From: Octopus sinensis
Taxonomy: Eukaryota
DNA: 64,000 bases
Reading direction: 5' to 3'
Assembly (NCBI RefSeq): GCF_006345805.1
Contig: NC_042999.1
Location: 8,556,001 to 8,620,000 of the forward strand
Shown: one piece after another, positions 1 through 11,853 of the stretch
Position numbering within the stretch: the stretch's first letter is position 1
Layout: each line of letters begins with the position of its first letter
The notes under the pieces: generated by a model
What the model saw: the letters and a program-made list of their open reading frames with translations, nothing else
Told to the model about the DNA's origin: nothing
The model's database searches: none
Translations under genes and position numbers: made by a program

Positions 1-230
1 GAGGACTGTCTTCTGGAACCTTTGAAATTTACAAAAATATAGAAATATAGAAATAAATTGAAGCAATTACATTTATAAAGGTAGAGAATTTAGAGTTTAT
101 GCGAGAAAAGGACTGAGGTATTGGGTGTATATATATATATATATATTATAGAGTATTACCTGGTATTTAAGTACTCTTTTTTGCCACCTTGTGTTTCACA
201 TTATGTGTTGTCCGGTTATATGTATATATA

Positions 231-460
231 ATCCAATCTAGAAACTCTGCCAGATCAGATTTGGAGCCTGATGCAGCCATCTGGTTCCCCAGCCCTCGGT
301 GTCCCAGCCCTTCTGTCAAAATCGTCCAACCACCATCGTCCAGTCAAAGCACATGGAAAGTCCAACTTCCACCAAACAAACAACAGGCCAACCAATCTCA
401 CACACACCAGGTTCCCCCATAGCATGGAACGCACACTTTAACGATGATGATAATGATGAT
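231..460 (+). mobile_element. RTE-3'-end short copy
   Basis: AGAAACTCTGCCAGATCAG...GATGATGAT. Confidence 0.7.
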
Positions 461-550
461 GGCATACCCTTGGGCAGTGTCTCCTGCTGTAGCTGAATCT
501 TGCAAGTGATGATGATGATGATGATATACATCCGTACATACATATATATA

Positions 551-1082
551 TCTATATATATATCATATATCTCATATATAACCTAAAACTGTAGTTGTGT
601 GAGTGTCTGTCACCTACGATTTAGATTCCTAACTCCTCCCACATTTTGCGGGCAGTTTAACTAAATTCGGGTAGCTTATAGTCGTGATTAATATCAAGCC
701 TGTCTGGCTATTAGCGCACGTCAACGATGAGTCTACGATTTTAAAAATAATTTACATCATTTTTTATTCCATTTTAATGCATAATTTTTCGTGTGTCGAT
801 GGCGGCGGAGTGGCGTCCACGCTCACAGCTGCACCTGTGTTTGCTTCTCCCCTTCTTCCCTCCCTCGTGAAGCTGGGGGAAGGGAGGTTAAGGAAATCAA
901 CGTCGTAAAGCGTTGTCAAGGAGAACAGCGTTCTTTTAGAACAACGACTTCATGGCTTGAAGACACCAAAACAGAAATGGCTAAGAAAGCCCGAATTGGC
1001 ATCTATAAGGGAAGTAACTCTCTAAAAATGCTTATATAGTTATTTCCCTTACAAACCGAGCAACGCCGGGCGATACTGCTAG
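551..1082 (+). mobile_element. Non-autonomous Helitron, family H1
   Basis: 5' TC followed by TA-rich sequence; 3' imperfect hairpin CCGAGCAACGCCGGG then CTAG|T (1079-1082). Both ends are homologous to 35844-36245. Confidence 0.7.
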
Positions 1083-1108
1083 TATATATCTATATATATA
1101 ATATATAA

Positions 1109-1158
<50 letters not shown>

Positions 1159-2574
1159 TATCTGGTGTGTGTGTGAGGGCATATTTATATATATATATAT
1201 ATATACATAGACACACATATATATACATGCATATGCGTGCATTTATACACACACACACACACACACACATATACATACACACACACACACATATATATAT
1301 ATATAAATACATGTATATCTGGTGTGTGTGTGTGAGTGAATATAGATGTGTATACATACACATATATATGTATGTTTATACGCACTGGCATGTATATACT
1401 TGATGTGTGTGTAAGCCTGTGCATAGACGTATGCATAACAAATGAGTCTGACCAGTCAATGGATGATTCTCAGAGCAAAAGACTAAAAAAAACTAATATT
1501 CTACGAGATGTTCACTACTTGAGATTGTCATTTGTACGACTTTGTCAGCATCAAGTTGACTAAAACAGAAAATAAAGCATGAAATAAGATATTTATAAAT
1601 ACCAAGAATTTATTATGTAGTTTCACAACATCTATTATTAATAAGTTTTTTTTACCGAATAACAAGTGACATTATGCTGTTGACCGGTGGGAGGCTGAAT
1701 CTGGCATATGATGCTATCATCCGTTTGTGGAGAGTCGACTACTTCTGTTATTTTGAGAATTCCAACTAATTTATTTGTCTGTATTTTAGAATTGTTTTCT
1801 TTGCTCGTTGTGACTTATCAAGAAAATAATAATAATAATAATAATAATAAAGAAAGAGGGAGAGAATGAAGTAAGATAGAAGGAAAGAAGGAATGGAAGA
1901 AGACAAGTTTTGTATTTTAATGCAACATGGTTTCATGAAGCGATGCCACGGGGGATTTAGTTTTTTTATGAATATCATCAGAAATACATCCAAAAATTGC
2001 TGGTTTTGGCAGGCAATTTCGAAAATAGTAAAAATGAGTCACCAGTAAAGGTAAAAATATGGATAAAAAGAGAACAATTAAAAAAAGTGGTCTGAGAGAA
2101 TTTAAAAGAAAATGAATGCGATTGTTAAAAGTTAAAAAGTGTTTGGAAAGTGTCTTGATCTTTGTGTGGTATTGATTCCATTGATTTGTCACTTGTGAGT
2201 TAAAGAATTCTCTTTTTAATTGAAGTCCATAAATACTTGGTTTTAGCATCACCACTGAAGAATTTGTATTTTTGTGGAATGTCAGCTAATTGGAACGAAC
2301 CTACTTTCTAAGCTATACCCATGGGATAATTTGAATGAAGTGCCACATGTTATTGATCTGTATAAAATAATATATATTGTTCTACCAGTTTGCAATATGA
2401 GGTGACTACACATGGAGCTTGTTGACAGACTAGTGAACTGAGCCAGAGAAAGTCAATTGTCTGAATCATGGACACAGCACAATGCTGTCACCAACATTGG
2501 GATTTGTCCTTGGCAAAGACAATTTCTTGCTCATTATTCTGTCTAATTGGGATCACAATTATACATCCCCTGGC

Positions 2575-2770
2575 ACCTGTGCTGGTGGCATGTAAAAAGC
2601 ACCCACTACACTCATGGAGTGGTTGGCGTTAGGAAGGGCATCCAGCTGTAGAAACACTGCCAGATCAGACTGGAGCCTGGTGCAGCCTCCAGGCTTTCCT
2701 GACCCTGGTCGAACCATCCAACCCCATGCTAGCACAGAAAGCAGACGTTAAACGATGATGATGATGATGA
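2575..2770 (+). mobile_element. RTE-3'-end short copy
   Basis: GGTTGGCGTTAGGAAGGGCATCCAGCTGTAG...(GAT)n. Confidence 0.8.
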
Positions 2771-3061
2771 AAATGTCTCCATGGTGCTATAGTTATTATG
2801 TGCTCCTGTTCATAACTGTGTCTTAATGTTTTTGGATAGTTCTATCGTAAAGTTTATAATAGGCTGAAGTTTTTGACTCACCGTCAAAATGTCTTCATTG
2901 TCATTTTTTATATAGGTATTTCACTGGTCATTGACTCTCATGAAATTTCTCATCTTCTATCCTCTCAGCATCCACTTCTCTTCTCAGATGCATCATCATT
3001 CTCAGATGCATCATCATTTAATGTCCGTTTTTCATGCTGGCATGAGTTGGATGGTTTGACT

Positions 3062-3296
3062 GAGGCGGCGAGCTGGCAGAAATGTTAGCACGCCAGGCAA
3101 AATGCTTAGCAATTTTTCGTCCGTCTTTACGTTCTGAGTTCAAATTCCGCCAAGGTCAACTTTGCCTTTCATCCTTTCGAGGTCGATAAATTAAGTACCA
3201 TTTATGCACTGGGGTCGATATAATCGACTTAATCCGTTTGTCTGTCCTTGTTTGTCCTCTCTGTGTTTAGCCCCTTGTGGGTAGTAAAGAAATAGG
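3062..3296 (+). mobile_element. Abundant tRNA-derived SINE (family S1; core TTTGCCTTTCATCCTTTCGGGGTCGATAAATTAAGTACCAG)
   Basis: A-box-like TGGCAGAA and B box GAGTTCAAATTCC; ~20 copies in the window. The core resembles the Meta/MESC SINE domain (from recall, unchecked). Confidence 0.8.
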
Positions 3297-3758
3297 TTTG
3301 ATTGAGGACAGGCAAGGCATGGGTACCAGTCAGGTGGCACTGGCATCTGCCACAACTATGATTTCGCTTGATTCAACAGGTTTTCTCAAGCACAGTATAT
3401 TGCCCAATGATTGAAGGACACTCTTAAATGGGCTGATTATGCAACACTGGCATCGGCCATGGCCACGATCTCACTTGACTTGCTGGGTCTTCTCAGTAAT
3501 AAATAGTTTTGTTTTAAATGGCTTTTATTCTTGCACTCTTAATCTCTAGAACCCTTTTACAATCATTTTGTTTTCCTCTCATCGCTGATATTCAGTCCTT
3601 TAAACTTTCTGTCAATCAACGCCTTTTGAATATTTTTGGCCCTTCTTTTCCTTTTTCATAGTCCTTTAGGCTACAGGAAGATGGAGCCTTATTTAGGTCA
3701 GAATCACTAACAAAAGAGAAAAAAAAATAACAAGCAACCAAACAAAATCACGTGTATG

Positions 3759-3819
3759 TCAGTGTCCTTATGGAGTTGTGTTGATATTACTGGTCGACAC
3801 AACTCCATAAGGACACTGA
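3759..3819. repeat. 23-bp perfect hairpin with 15-nt loop
   Basis: TCAGTGTCCTTATGGAGTTGTGT (3759-3781) / ACACAACTCCATAAGGACACTGA (3797-3819). Confidence 0.9.
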
Positions 3820-4039
3820 TTTTGTTTGTTTTGCTTTGTCTGTCTTTACATTCAGAGTTCAAATTCTGCTGAGGTCAACTTTGCCATTTATCCTTTAAGG
3901 GTCGATAAATTGAGTACCAGTTGTGTACTGGGATCGATCTAATTGACTGGCCCCCTCCCCCAAAATTTTGGGCCTTGTGCCTAGAGTAGAAAAGAATACT
4001 GGTTGACCCAGCATTAACATGGTTAGACAGGTCTGTGTA

Positions 4040-4990
4040 AGGCATGGTTGGACAGTGTTTGTTATATTAGTTGTGTGTTAATGTTGTCATTGGATAGCTT
4101 TATTAGTGTTGCTTGATGACTCTGTTAGTGTTGTTGGACAACTCTATTAGTGATGTTGGACAGCTCTGTTAGTGTTATCAGATAACTCTTTTAGTGTTAT
4201 CAGAGCAGCAAACCAGCTTCCGTGCCAGTGGCACATAAAAGGCACCATTTGAGTGTGATCGTTACCAGCGTTGCCTTACTGGCACTTGTGCCTATGCTAG
4301 TAGGGTGCCAAGAGCACCACCCGAGTGTGATCGTTGCCAGAGCGGCTAACTTGCTTCCGTGCCAGTGGCACATAAAAGGGCACCATTCGAGTGTGATTAT
4401 TACCAACGTCGCCTTACTGGCACCTGTGCCGGTGGCATGTGTAAAACGATCTGAGTGAGGTTGTTGCCAGTACCGCCTGAATGGCCCCCGTGCCAGTGGC
4501 ATGTAAAAAGCACCCACTACACTCTCGGAATGGTTGGCGTTAGGAAGGGCACCCAGCTGTAGAAACTCTGCCAGATCAAGACTGGAGCCTGGTGCAGCCA
4601 TCTGGTTTGCCAGTGCTCAGTCAAAATCGTCCAACCCATGCTAGCATGGAAAGCGGACGTTACACGATGATGATGAGATAGCCTTGCTAGTGTTGTTGGT
4701 TAGCTCTGTTTGCGTTGTTGGGTGTTTTTAGCTCTGTTAGTGTTTTGGATAGCTCTGTTTGTGTTGTTGGATAACACTTTTAGCATTGTCAGATAGCTCT
4801 GTTAGTGTTGTTGGATAGCTCTATTAGTGTTGCTCTATAGTTCTGTTAGTGTTGTTACATTTTTCTTCTTGAGTTTAATAACATATCTCCGTGTTAGTGT
4901 GTTGAACAACTCCCAACCAGAATTGTTATAGCTCTGTTAGTGTTGTTAAATACACCTGTGTCAATCTTTCTTGTCAGATAGCTCTATCTT
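4040..4990. repeat. Degenerate ~22-bp minisatellite (AGTGTTGTTGGATAGCTCTGTT) split by the 4200-4677 insert
   Basis: Units are visible on both sides of the insert. Confidence 0.8.
4200..4677 (+). mobile_element. RTE-3'UTR-type element with ~3 diverged 65-bp modules, inserted into a 22-bp minisatellite
   Basis: GGCACATAAAAGGCACCATT(T/C)GAGTGTGAT modules followed by the family end and (GAT)n. Confidence 0.8.
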
Positions 4991-6021
4991 TGTGCTGCTG
5001 GGAAGCTCTCGTCAACAATGTAAAAATAAACTGCTGATCAAGGAATCATCAATATGGCCAGCCATAATTTTTCATAATGATCCACAGAATTCAATATTGT
5101 GTAATTCCAAGCAGACCATGTGTATCATTATAATGTATTTTATTAGCATCAAATAGTTGAAAGGCTAAGCCAACCCTGACAGGATTAAATGTATGAGCTG
5201 TGAGACCTGAAACACAGCTTAGATTGGCGTTTTTAGTGTTGATTAATTGTAACATGTTGGAACAGGTCACCAGATTAAAGCCCCAGCTATTCAACTCTTT
5301 ATTTGGATGTTTGATAAAGGTTCGGAAATTTCATTTTAATTGGTTTTCACTAATTTTTCAACGGTTACATCAAACTTGTTGGTTGACATATATAAATAAA
5401 TAAAAAAAAAACAAAACAAATTGCTGATTAAAATGAAGTGAAATGGTTGCAGCCAAGGGTTGAACTGCACACATTAATATTAATTCCAATTTATGGTGTT
5501 GGGAATCAAAGAATCAGATTTCTTGGGAAATGTTCCTTGTGTGAAGACGAGGTGGATATGATCTTTTATCTTCAGCTTTTAGCTGTTTCACTCATTAGAC
5601 TGTGGCCATGCTGGGGCACTGCCTCGAAAAGTTTAGTCAAATAAATCTGCAATAGTAACTATTTTCTGGGTTTTTTTTTAGTGTGGTATTCATTTTATTG
5701 GTCTCTCTTGCCAAACTGCTAAGGCATGGGGATGTAAACAAACCAAAACTGGCTGTTGAGCAGTGGTGGTGGTGGTGAAGGAGAAACATAAACACACTCC
5801 TCCTTCACTCCTCCTCCTCCCTCCTCCACCCTCCGCATCATCATCATCATCATCATCACCACCACCACCACCACCACCATAATCATCATCACCATCATTT
5901 AATGTCTGTTTTCAATGCTGGCATGGGTTGGGCGGTTTGACAGGAGCTGGCAAGGCTGGAGGGCTGCAACAGTCTCCAGTCATCTGTTTTTAGCATGGTT
6001 TCTATGGCTGGATGTTCTTAC

Positions 6022-6480
6022 TTATTTCTTTATTAGCCACAAGGTGCTACACACAGAGAGGACAAACAAGGACGGACTAACGGATTAAGTCGATTATATC
6101 GACCCCAGTGCGTAACTGGTACTTATTTAATCGACCCTGAAAGGATGAAAGGCAAAGTCGACCTCGGTAGAATTTGAACTCAGAATGTAGCGGTAAACAA
6201 AATAATGCTAAGCATTTCACCTGGTGTGCTAACGATTCTTATTTCTTTACTACCCACAAGGCACAAGGGGCTAAACATAGAGGGGACAAACAAGGACAGA
6301 CAAAAGGTTTAAGTCGAATAGATCGACGCCAGTGCACAACCGGTACTTATTTAATCGACTCCGAAAGGATGAAAGGCAAAGTCGACCTCGGCAGAATTTG
6401 AACTCAGAACGTAGCAGCAGATGAAATAATGCTAAGCATTTCACCCAGCGTGCTAACGTTTCTGCCAGCTCGCCGCCTTT
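6022..6480 (-). mobile_element. Two tandem S1 SINE copies
   Basis: Reverse complement of the S1 consensus, twice. Confidence 0.8.
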
Positions 6481-6719
6481 ACTGGATGTTCTTCCTAACA
6501 CCAACCAAAGACTGTAAAGCGGGGTGCTTTCTACATGGAACCGCCATTGGTGTGCTTTACTTGACACTGGCATGGGTGACTTTCATGTGACACCAACATG
6601 GGTGGTTTTTATGTGACTCCAACATGAGAGCTTTCTACGTAGCATCAGCACGTGAGCTTTTTACATGGCACCAGTGGAAAACTGTTTGTTTGTTTGTGGA
6701 TATATGTATATATCTCATG

Positions 6720-7105
6720 GAGACAAAGTGGCCAATTTCCTTTTGAGTGCTGGGCCACACAAAGACAATGACCAAGATCTTCGGTATTATGTCATGCTTG
6801 AGAAGAGGACCCATCAACCAAGCAAAGTTAGTCATGGCAGATACCGGGGTCACACAAATTGCTATCCATGCTGGTGGCACATAAAAGTATCCCTGTGACT
6901 TGCAAATGGTACCTGTACCAGTGGCATGTAAAAGCACCCATTGTACTCTTGGAGTGGTTGGCATTAGAAAGGGCCAACCGCTAGCCATAGAAAACCATGC
7001 CAAGTCAGACTGGAGTCTAGTTCAGCCTTCCAGCTTGCCAGCCCTGGTCAAACCGTCCAACTCATACCAGCATGGACAATGGACATTAAATGATGATGAT
7101 GATGA
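6720..7105 (+). mobile_element. RTE-3'-end copy including the ORF end
   Basis: Family core and (GAT)n tail. Confidence 0.7.
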
Positions 7106-7756
7106 TGTATATATACAACGTAACAGCATTTTACACAGATCCTCTACCCAAAATTTCCTCCCAAGGCATTGGTCAGTGCCTAGAATTACAGTAAAAGACA
7201 CATGCTTAGGAGCTGCATATTGGGATTGAACCTGAAGCCACGTGGTTGCAAAGTGAGCTTGCTAACCACAGAGCCATGCCAGTAGTTACATGTAGTTTAC
7301 ATTTTCTTTTATATCTTTTTTGAATATTTTTTTATTTCAAGGCAAAACTATGTAAGACATAATAAACATTATAAATAAATAAAATTTTGAAAAGAAATAT
7401 TTTGAATTTAAAGTTTTGCTTTTGATTCTGTAATGAGTTTCCATAAATACCTGAGTAATTTACTGAATATTTTAGATGAAAATATTTTAAAAATAATTGT
7501 CTAACTTCATCATTTATGTAAATCTATATTTCCGCAAGGTGGATGTTTACGATTAATTCGTAAGTTAGTGTTGGAAATTCTAAACAAATTATTTGTTGTG
7601 CCAATAAACAGAAGCCAAAATTCCCCTCCCAACTTAGAGGTACCCTCCATCTATCACACATACCTCTACTATAATGGCTTCTTTTCTAAATGTGCCGACA
7701 ACATGACTTGGCAGTAGCAGAAATCGGTCAGTGATGGAAGTTACTGAAATACTTTA

Positions 7757-8000
7757 TCATCATCATCATCATCATTTAACGTCCGTTCTCCATGCTAGCA
7801 TGGGTTGGACGGTTCGACCGGGGATCTGGGAAGCCAGAAGGCTGCACCAGGCTCCAGTCTTATCTGGCAATGTTTCTACAGCTGGATGCCCTTCCTAACG
7901 CCAACCACTCCGTGAGTGTAGTGGGTGCTTTTTTACGTGCCACCGGCACAGGTGCCAGGCGAGGCTGGCATCGGCCACAGTCGGATTGGTGCCACTTTAT
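7757..8000 (-). mobile_element. RTE-3'-end short copy
   Basis: (CAT)n TTTAACGTCCG...GGATGCCCTTCCTAACGCCAACCAC. Confidence 0.8.
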
Positions 8001-8031
8001 AACTCACTAAAAGATTTAAAATGTCTGATAA

Positions 8032-8265
8032 GCATATGGCATAGTGGTTAAGAGTGTGGGCTACTAACCCCAAGATTCTGAGTTCGATTCCAGGCAGTGA
8101 CCTGAACAATAATAATAATAATAACATTGAAAAATACCAAAGGAATGAGAACCCAGGTTTGAAATTTCCCCAAGACTTCTGATGAAGGCTGGAGAGTATA
8201 TCAGCCGAAATATTGTGTTAACAACAAACAAGATGAGAACAAATATCCGTCAAATGTAAAGAATT
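8032..8265 (+). mobile_element. tRNA-derived SINE head + (AAT)n + degenerate hammerhead-like motif (8174-8219)
   Basis: A box TGGCATAGTGG (8037), B box GTTCGATTC (8082). Downstream CUGAUGA-A-GGCUG/CAGCC-GAAAUAUU-GUGUU with a weak stem I. Confidence 0.6.
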
Positions 8266-8617
8266 CAAAGATTTTTTTTATAATTGTATCTAACGATATT
8301 TGGTTCGTTCTGGTCAAAGAGATCTGGGTTTTGTTTTAAAGATGATGATGAGGATGGCTAAAATCACTCTTGATTATACTAGTCATGTCAAGTTTGAAAA
8401 ATCAAAGGCAAGGATTTCACTGACTTCTTCCACTTTAGTACTAGTAGTAGTTGTAGTAAGAGGAGGAGGAAGAGGCAAAGAAGAAGAAGAGGAGTAATGG
8501 GAGGGGTGAAGAAGAGGATGTGTAATAGGAGGAGAAGAAGAAAGACAAGAAGGAGAAGTGGCAGGAAGGGAAAGACCAGCATCAGTATCTCCATAAAATG
8601 TATGTTCTTTTTTACTC

Positions 8618-9030
8618 TAGGCAAAAGGCCCGAATCTTCGGTGGAAGGGATCAGTTGATTAGATCGAACCCAGTATGCAACTGGTACTTAATTTACCAAC
8701 TTTGAAAGGATAACAGGCAAAGGTGACCTCTGCAGAATTTGAACTCAGAATGTAAAGACAGACGAAATACTACTAAGCATTTTACCTGGGATGCTTACGT
8801 TTTTGCCAGATAATTCTTTCTACTCTACACACAAGACCTGAAATTTTGGGGGAAGGGGTCAGTCGATTAGATCCACCCCAGTACGCAACTGATACTTAAT
8901 TTATCAAACCCAAAAGGATAAAAAGCAAAGTTGACCTCAGCAGAATTTGAACCCAGAACCTAACGACAGATGAAATACCACTAAGCATTTTACCTGGCAT
9001 GCTAACATTTCTGCCAGCACACCGCCTTCA
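8618..9030 (-). mobile_element. Two tandem S1-variant SINE copies
   Basis: GCAAAGTTGACCTC..GAATTTGAAC(T/C)CAGAA..CTAAGCATTT, twice. Confidence 0.75.
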
Positions 9031-9282
9031 TAAAATGTATATTAGTATTCCTATGAATCTGAGAAAATTAAAACAGCAGTTTATACAAAATGTTTGAGAA
9101 TATTTAAAGAATGCAAGCATTTACCTCATCCAAAAGTCTGCTACCATTTCCTTGCGATGCTTGGAAAGCATCAATAAGTTGGCAAAGGACTTTTCCTTTG
9201 AAATGTCTTCAACTGTAACAAGTTTCAAAAATTCTTTATTTTCAAGAACAGATGTGGCCCAATTGAGGTAAACCTGATAATG

Positions 9283-9320
<38 letters not shown>

Positions 9321-9330
9321 GATAATAATA

Positions 9331-9805
9331 AAGAAAGCAACCATACTCTGGGATATGCCGATACACACAGATAGAGAAATTAAGGCCAACAGACCAGATA
9401 TAGTTGTCAGAGATCATGAAGAAAAAAAATGCTTTCTAATTGATGTATCAATACCGGCAGATGACAATGTGTCTCTAAAAGAAATGGAGAAACTCTCAAA
9501 ATACAAAGACCTGGAAAAAGAGGTAACTAGAATGTGGAATCTGAAAACAGAAACAATTCCTATCATAGTAGGTGCATTAGGCATGATAAAAAAATATTCA
9601 GACAAATACATAACAAAAACACCAGGACTTACAAACACATATAACATACAGAAAATTGCACTACTAGGCACTGCACACATCCTACGTAGAACACTTTCCA
9701 AACAATAACCATCAGAGCATCACAACAAATCACAGCACATACCCAAGGCACACAGAGCTGCGCTCGGTAGTGAAGTGAAAGCACGCTATAAAAATAAAAC
9801 TACTG
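9331..9805 (+). mobile_element. R4/Dong-like RLE non-LTR retrotransposon, family A, 3' fragment in (AAT)n
   Basis: RPDIVV...IDVSIP...EKLSKYKDL (PD-D/ExK restriction-like endonuclease), ALLGTAHILR*. 3' UTR ends ACTACTG(AAT)n. Confidence 0.88.
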
Positions 9806-9854
9806 AATAATAATAATAATAATGATAACAACAACAACAACAATAATAATAATT

Positions 9855-10258
9855 GAGGAAATGCCAGACATAATCTTAATTGAGAAAGGAAATAAACTAT
9901 GCTGGATCATAGATATAGCATGCCCAGCTGACAACAAGGTATGCGATAAGGAAGAAAGAAAAGTCGAGAGATATGAGAGGTTAGCTTGGGAAGTTAAGTG
10001 GTTATGGTCGATGCAAAAGGTAGCAGTAGTACCAGTAATTGTCAGAGCCCTGGGAACAGTGAGCAAAAAAATCTCAAGAAGTACATAGAACAAATAGGGG
10101 CTGCGATAAGGGCGGAACACTTGCAGGAAACAGCACTGCTTGGAACCACTCAAATACTCTGGAAAGTGCTTGAAAAATAAGGGTTGTTACCTTAGTTCAC
10201 TGGTAGTGAACAACTGACACCGTAGTACATCTCCAGCAATAGAAGCTGTGCGAAGGCA
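9855..10258 (+). mobile_element. R4/Dong-like element, family B, 3' fragment
   Basis: PDIILIEK..IIDIACP..KEERKVERY, ETALLGTTQIL; distinct 3' UTR; AAT tracts on both sides. Confidence 0.82.
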
Positions 10259-10302
10259 ATGATGATGATAATAATAATAATAATATTAATAATAATAATA
10301 AT

Positions 10303-10772
10303 GTCTTGGTATAAAGGATGGGCTACAGCAAATATTCTGCTCGAAACCACAGATTTACTTGTCAGTTGTTTGACCTTAACCAGTTGAGCATGTCCATTAG
10401 TGGCTGACGATATGTGCATCTCTGATCACGAGCAGAAGTAGTGGGGGAGCATCATAGCCATGTGTTGAGAGGGATTCTTTGGGGTTTGAATAATTCACCT
10501 TTGGAAACATAGGTAGTTCGTTCAACATCCTTAACCCTTATTCAGGAACCTTTTGAGTGGGGTGGGTTACTCGACCAGAAGAAAATTCTAACTGGGCCCC
10601 ATCTGCAAGGTCATGTGCTGTTTATCTTGATATGAGATCACCATATCACACACATATGGTTGTGATGTATGTGCCTGGTGTGCCCTTATCAGACGGGTAG
10701 TCATGATGGGTATACTGGGCTTCGCATATTTTTCCCCAGTGTCACTTTGATGGCATGCACTGCTCTCTCACT
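10303..10772. mobile_element. ~450-bp non-coding interspersed repeat bounded by (AAT)n, copy 1
   Basis: High identity to 11370-11822 and 39843-40165. Confidence 0.8.
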
Positions 10773-10817
10773 CAATAATAATAATAATAATAATAATAAT
10801 GATAATAATAAGAAAAA

Positions 10818-11346
10818 GAATGGAGAAACTCTCAAAATACAAAGACCTGGAAATAGAGGTAACTTGAATGTAGCGTCTAAACACAGAAACAATTCCTATC
10901 ATAGTAGGTGCATTAGGTATGATAAAAAAATATTCAGACAAATATATAACAAAATCACTAGGACTTAGAAATATATATAACATACAGAAAATAGCATTAC
11001 TGGGCACTGCACACATCAGTACATACCCAAGGCACACAGAGCTTCGCTCGGTAGTGAAGTGAAAACACGCTATAAAAATAAAACTACAGAATAATAATAA
11101 TAATGATGTTGATAATAATGATGTTGATAATAATAATAATATAATAATAAAACACCAGGACTTACAAACACATATAACATACAGAAAATTGCACTACTAG
11201 GCACTGCACACATCCTACGCAGAAAACTTTCCATACAATAACCATCAGAGCATCACAACAAATCACAGCACATACCCAAGGCACACAGAGCTGCGCTCGG
11301 TAGTGAAGTGAAAGCACGCTATAAAAATAAAAATAAAACTACTGAA
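10818..11346 (+). mobile_element. Two rearranged family-A R4/Dong 3' fragments separated by (AAT)n
   Basis: Homology to 9480-9805. Confidence 0.8.
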
Positions 11347-11369
11347 TAATAATAATAATAATAATAATA

Positions 11370-11821
11370 CAGCAAATATTCTGCTCAATACCACAGATTT
11401 GCTTGTCAGTTGTTTGACCTTAACCAGTTGAGCATGTCCCTTAGTGGCTGACGATATGTGCATCTCTGATCACGAGCAGAAGTAGTGGGGGAGCATCATA
11501 GCCATGTGTTGAGAGGGATTCTTTGGGGTTTGAATAATTCACCTCTGGAAACATGGGTGGTTCTTTCAACATCCTTAAACAACCCTTATTCAGGGACCTT
11601 TTGAGCAGGATGGGCTACTCAACCTGAAGAAAATTCTAACTGGACCCCACCTGAAAGGTCATGTGCTGTTTATCTTCATATGAGATCACCATGTCGCGCA
11701 CATATGGTTGTGATGCATGTGCCTGGTGTACCCTTATCAGACGGGTAGTCATGATGGGTATATTGGGCTTCGTATATTTTACCCCAGTGTCACTTTGATG
11801 GCATACACTGCTCTCTCACTC

Positions 11822-11822
<1 letters not shown>
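11370..11822. mobile_element. ~450-bp non-coding interspersed repeat, copy 2
   Basis: ACAGCAAATATTCTGCTC...GCATACACTGCTCTCTCACTC(AAT)n. Confidence 0.8.

Positions 11823-11853
<31 letters not shown>

Noticed and set aside
8032-8103. Functional tRNA gene (also 14738-14812 and 39658-39730)
   Set aside because: A and B boxes are present, but the acceptor stem does not pair and each runs into SINE body or tail; these are SINE heads.
10400-10440. CTGACGA in the 450-bp AAT-bounded repeat
   Set aside because: No stem II-GAAA-stem III-UH arrangement follows.
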